From Balanoglossus misakiensis (Eukaryota > Animalia > Hemichordata): a stretch of 64,000 nucleotides of DNA. Below the pieces are notes generated by a model. It was not told the origin of the DNA, did not search any database, and was given only the letters and a program-made list of their open reading frames with translations. The number at the start of each line of letters is the position of its first letter. Within the stretch, counting starts at the first letter, position 1. Shown piece by piece: positions 62,849 to 64,000 of this stretch. The DNA lies in the NCBI GenBank assembly GCA_040954595.2, contig CM082577.2, forward strand, positions 16,189,903 to 16,253,902. The letters are read 5' to 3'. Made by a program: the position numbers and the translations under genes.

Positions 62849-64000
62849 CCCTTAGAATGCCATAGACTTTTATGCACTGCTACTCCCCATTGCCAAGATA
62901 TTTTCAGAACATACCAAAGATATGTTTCATCTATTTGAACTGACTATAGTTCTCTGTCTGTTTGAAAAAACTCTGTAAACCCTATATGAATTTCCATCTA
63001 CATAAAACGGAGAAGCCAACAGTTATATTGATGTCAATGTTATGTCACCTAAAATCTGTAAAAATGGGCTAAAACATCCATTTTTGGTCAAAAAATTTAT
63101 GAAAATATTTATTAGGCTGTAAAATTTAAACAAATTGTCGAATTGCTGTCAAACTTGCAGAACATTTTAAGAATGTGCATCTTCATATTTTGAAGTCATC
63201 ATTTTGTTTATTTTATTTTGGTAAACATAAACAAACAATAAACAAACGTACATTTGCATATGTAAATAAAAATATTTTACTATTGACCTTTACTGAAATG
63301 ATTCAATACATGTAGATCAAAAACAAAAGTTATCAACAAAATAATAAAAAAAAAATGGCAAAACAACATCATTGCAATACTCAGGGAAAAAAACAGATAT
63401 ACCACATCTTTGCTTCATTTCAAATAAATTGTGTGTCAACTTACAAATAACAACTAAGTCTAACCACTGTCACTACCCCATATCGCATGCGGGTAAATGC
63501 ATGTGCAACTATATCAATTTGTACTGAAGAGTATTTTCAACAGAAGAATATCTTAGCAGAGTTTTTTGTAAGTGTTTTTGAGAAAGCGGACAGTGAAATT
63601 CATGATACTCTCATCCACAAGAATAAAAATGAGATCAGCGATATGCCGTGAAATTTGTTTACCGTAACCGTCAAAATCATGTATCGGCCGACATACAAAC
63701 TTACATGCAAAAAGGCCGGCCTCGATCGTCTGGATAAGAGATCAAACATTAAAAAAACACACCAAATTTTACTTTCAGTAGGTGATATCATGTGCCATTT
63801 GACCATTTTGGTGTAGTTGGCAAAAATTACGTAGCTTTTTGAACTCTTATGACAGTTTCTGCTGCTCCGATCTGCACTGTCTCTTGACCTCGTCTCGTGA
63901 CCTTATGACCTACTTCAAAACTTACACTCGATCTATATTTACATCATATTTTTCACAAAACTTTTGTCAAAAAATCACCAAATCTTTTCTTTTATCATTA
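62849..64000 (+). mobile_element. Probable piggyBac-like non-autonomous element starting at the TTAA of the HINE A tail
   Basis: TTAA|CCCTTAGAATGCC start; right end not seen in the window. Confidence 0.4.

Overview
AT-rich eukaryotic DNA with GT-AG spliced exons and microsatellites, probably from a marine invertebrate (inference from the TE families present). It is a dense nest of transposons, and I see no clear housekeeping gene. Two elements look intact and young. (1) A piggyBac at 5336-8044 with TTAA TSD and a 569-aa DDD transposase. (2) An 8.06-kb IS3EU-type element at 48286-56342 with TACGG...CCGTA ends, ~506-bp TIRs and a 6-bp AGAAAC TSD. It carries an integrase-like DDE transposase and, convergently, a predicted two-exon gene that fuses a TDP-43 N-terminal-domain homologue to a HECT E3 ligase with an intact catalytic Cys. 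This fusion is the highlight of the window: a candidate transposon-encoded E3 that could engage host TDP-43. Both young elements sit inside decayed Zator-like transposase sequences. The rest consists of decayed TE genes and cargo (Harbinger MADF, PIF1, Chapaev/Transib-like, L1/Tx1, YqaJ, Kolobok transposase and KolX, NRF1-like DBD, Crypton, hAT, F-box, OB-fold), Academ-like non-autonomous elements, MITEs and self-nested Helentron-associated (HINE-like) elements. All family assignments come from motif recognition by eye, not from database searches.
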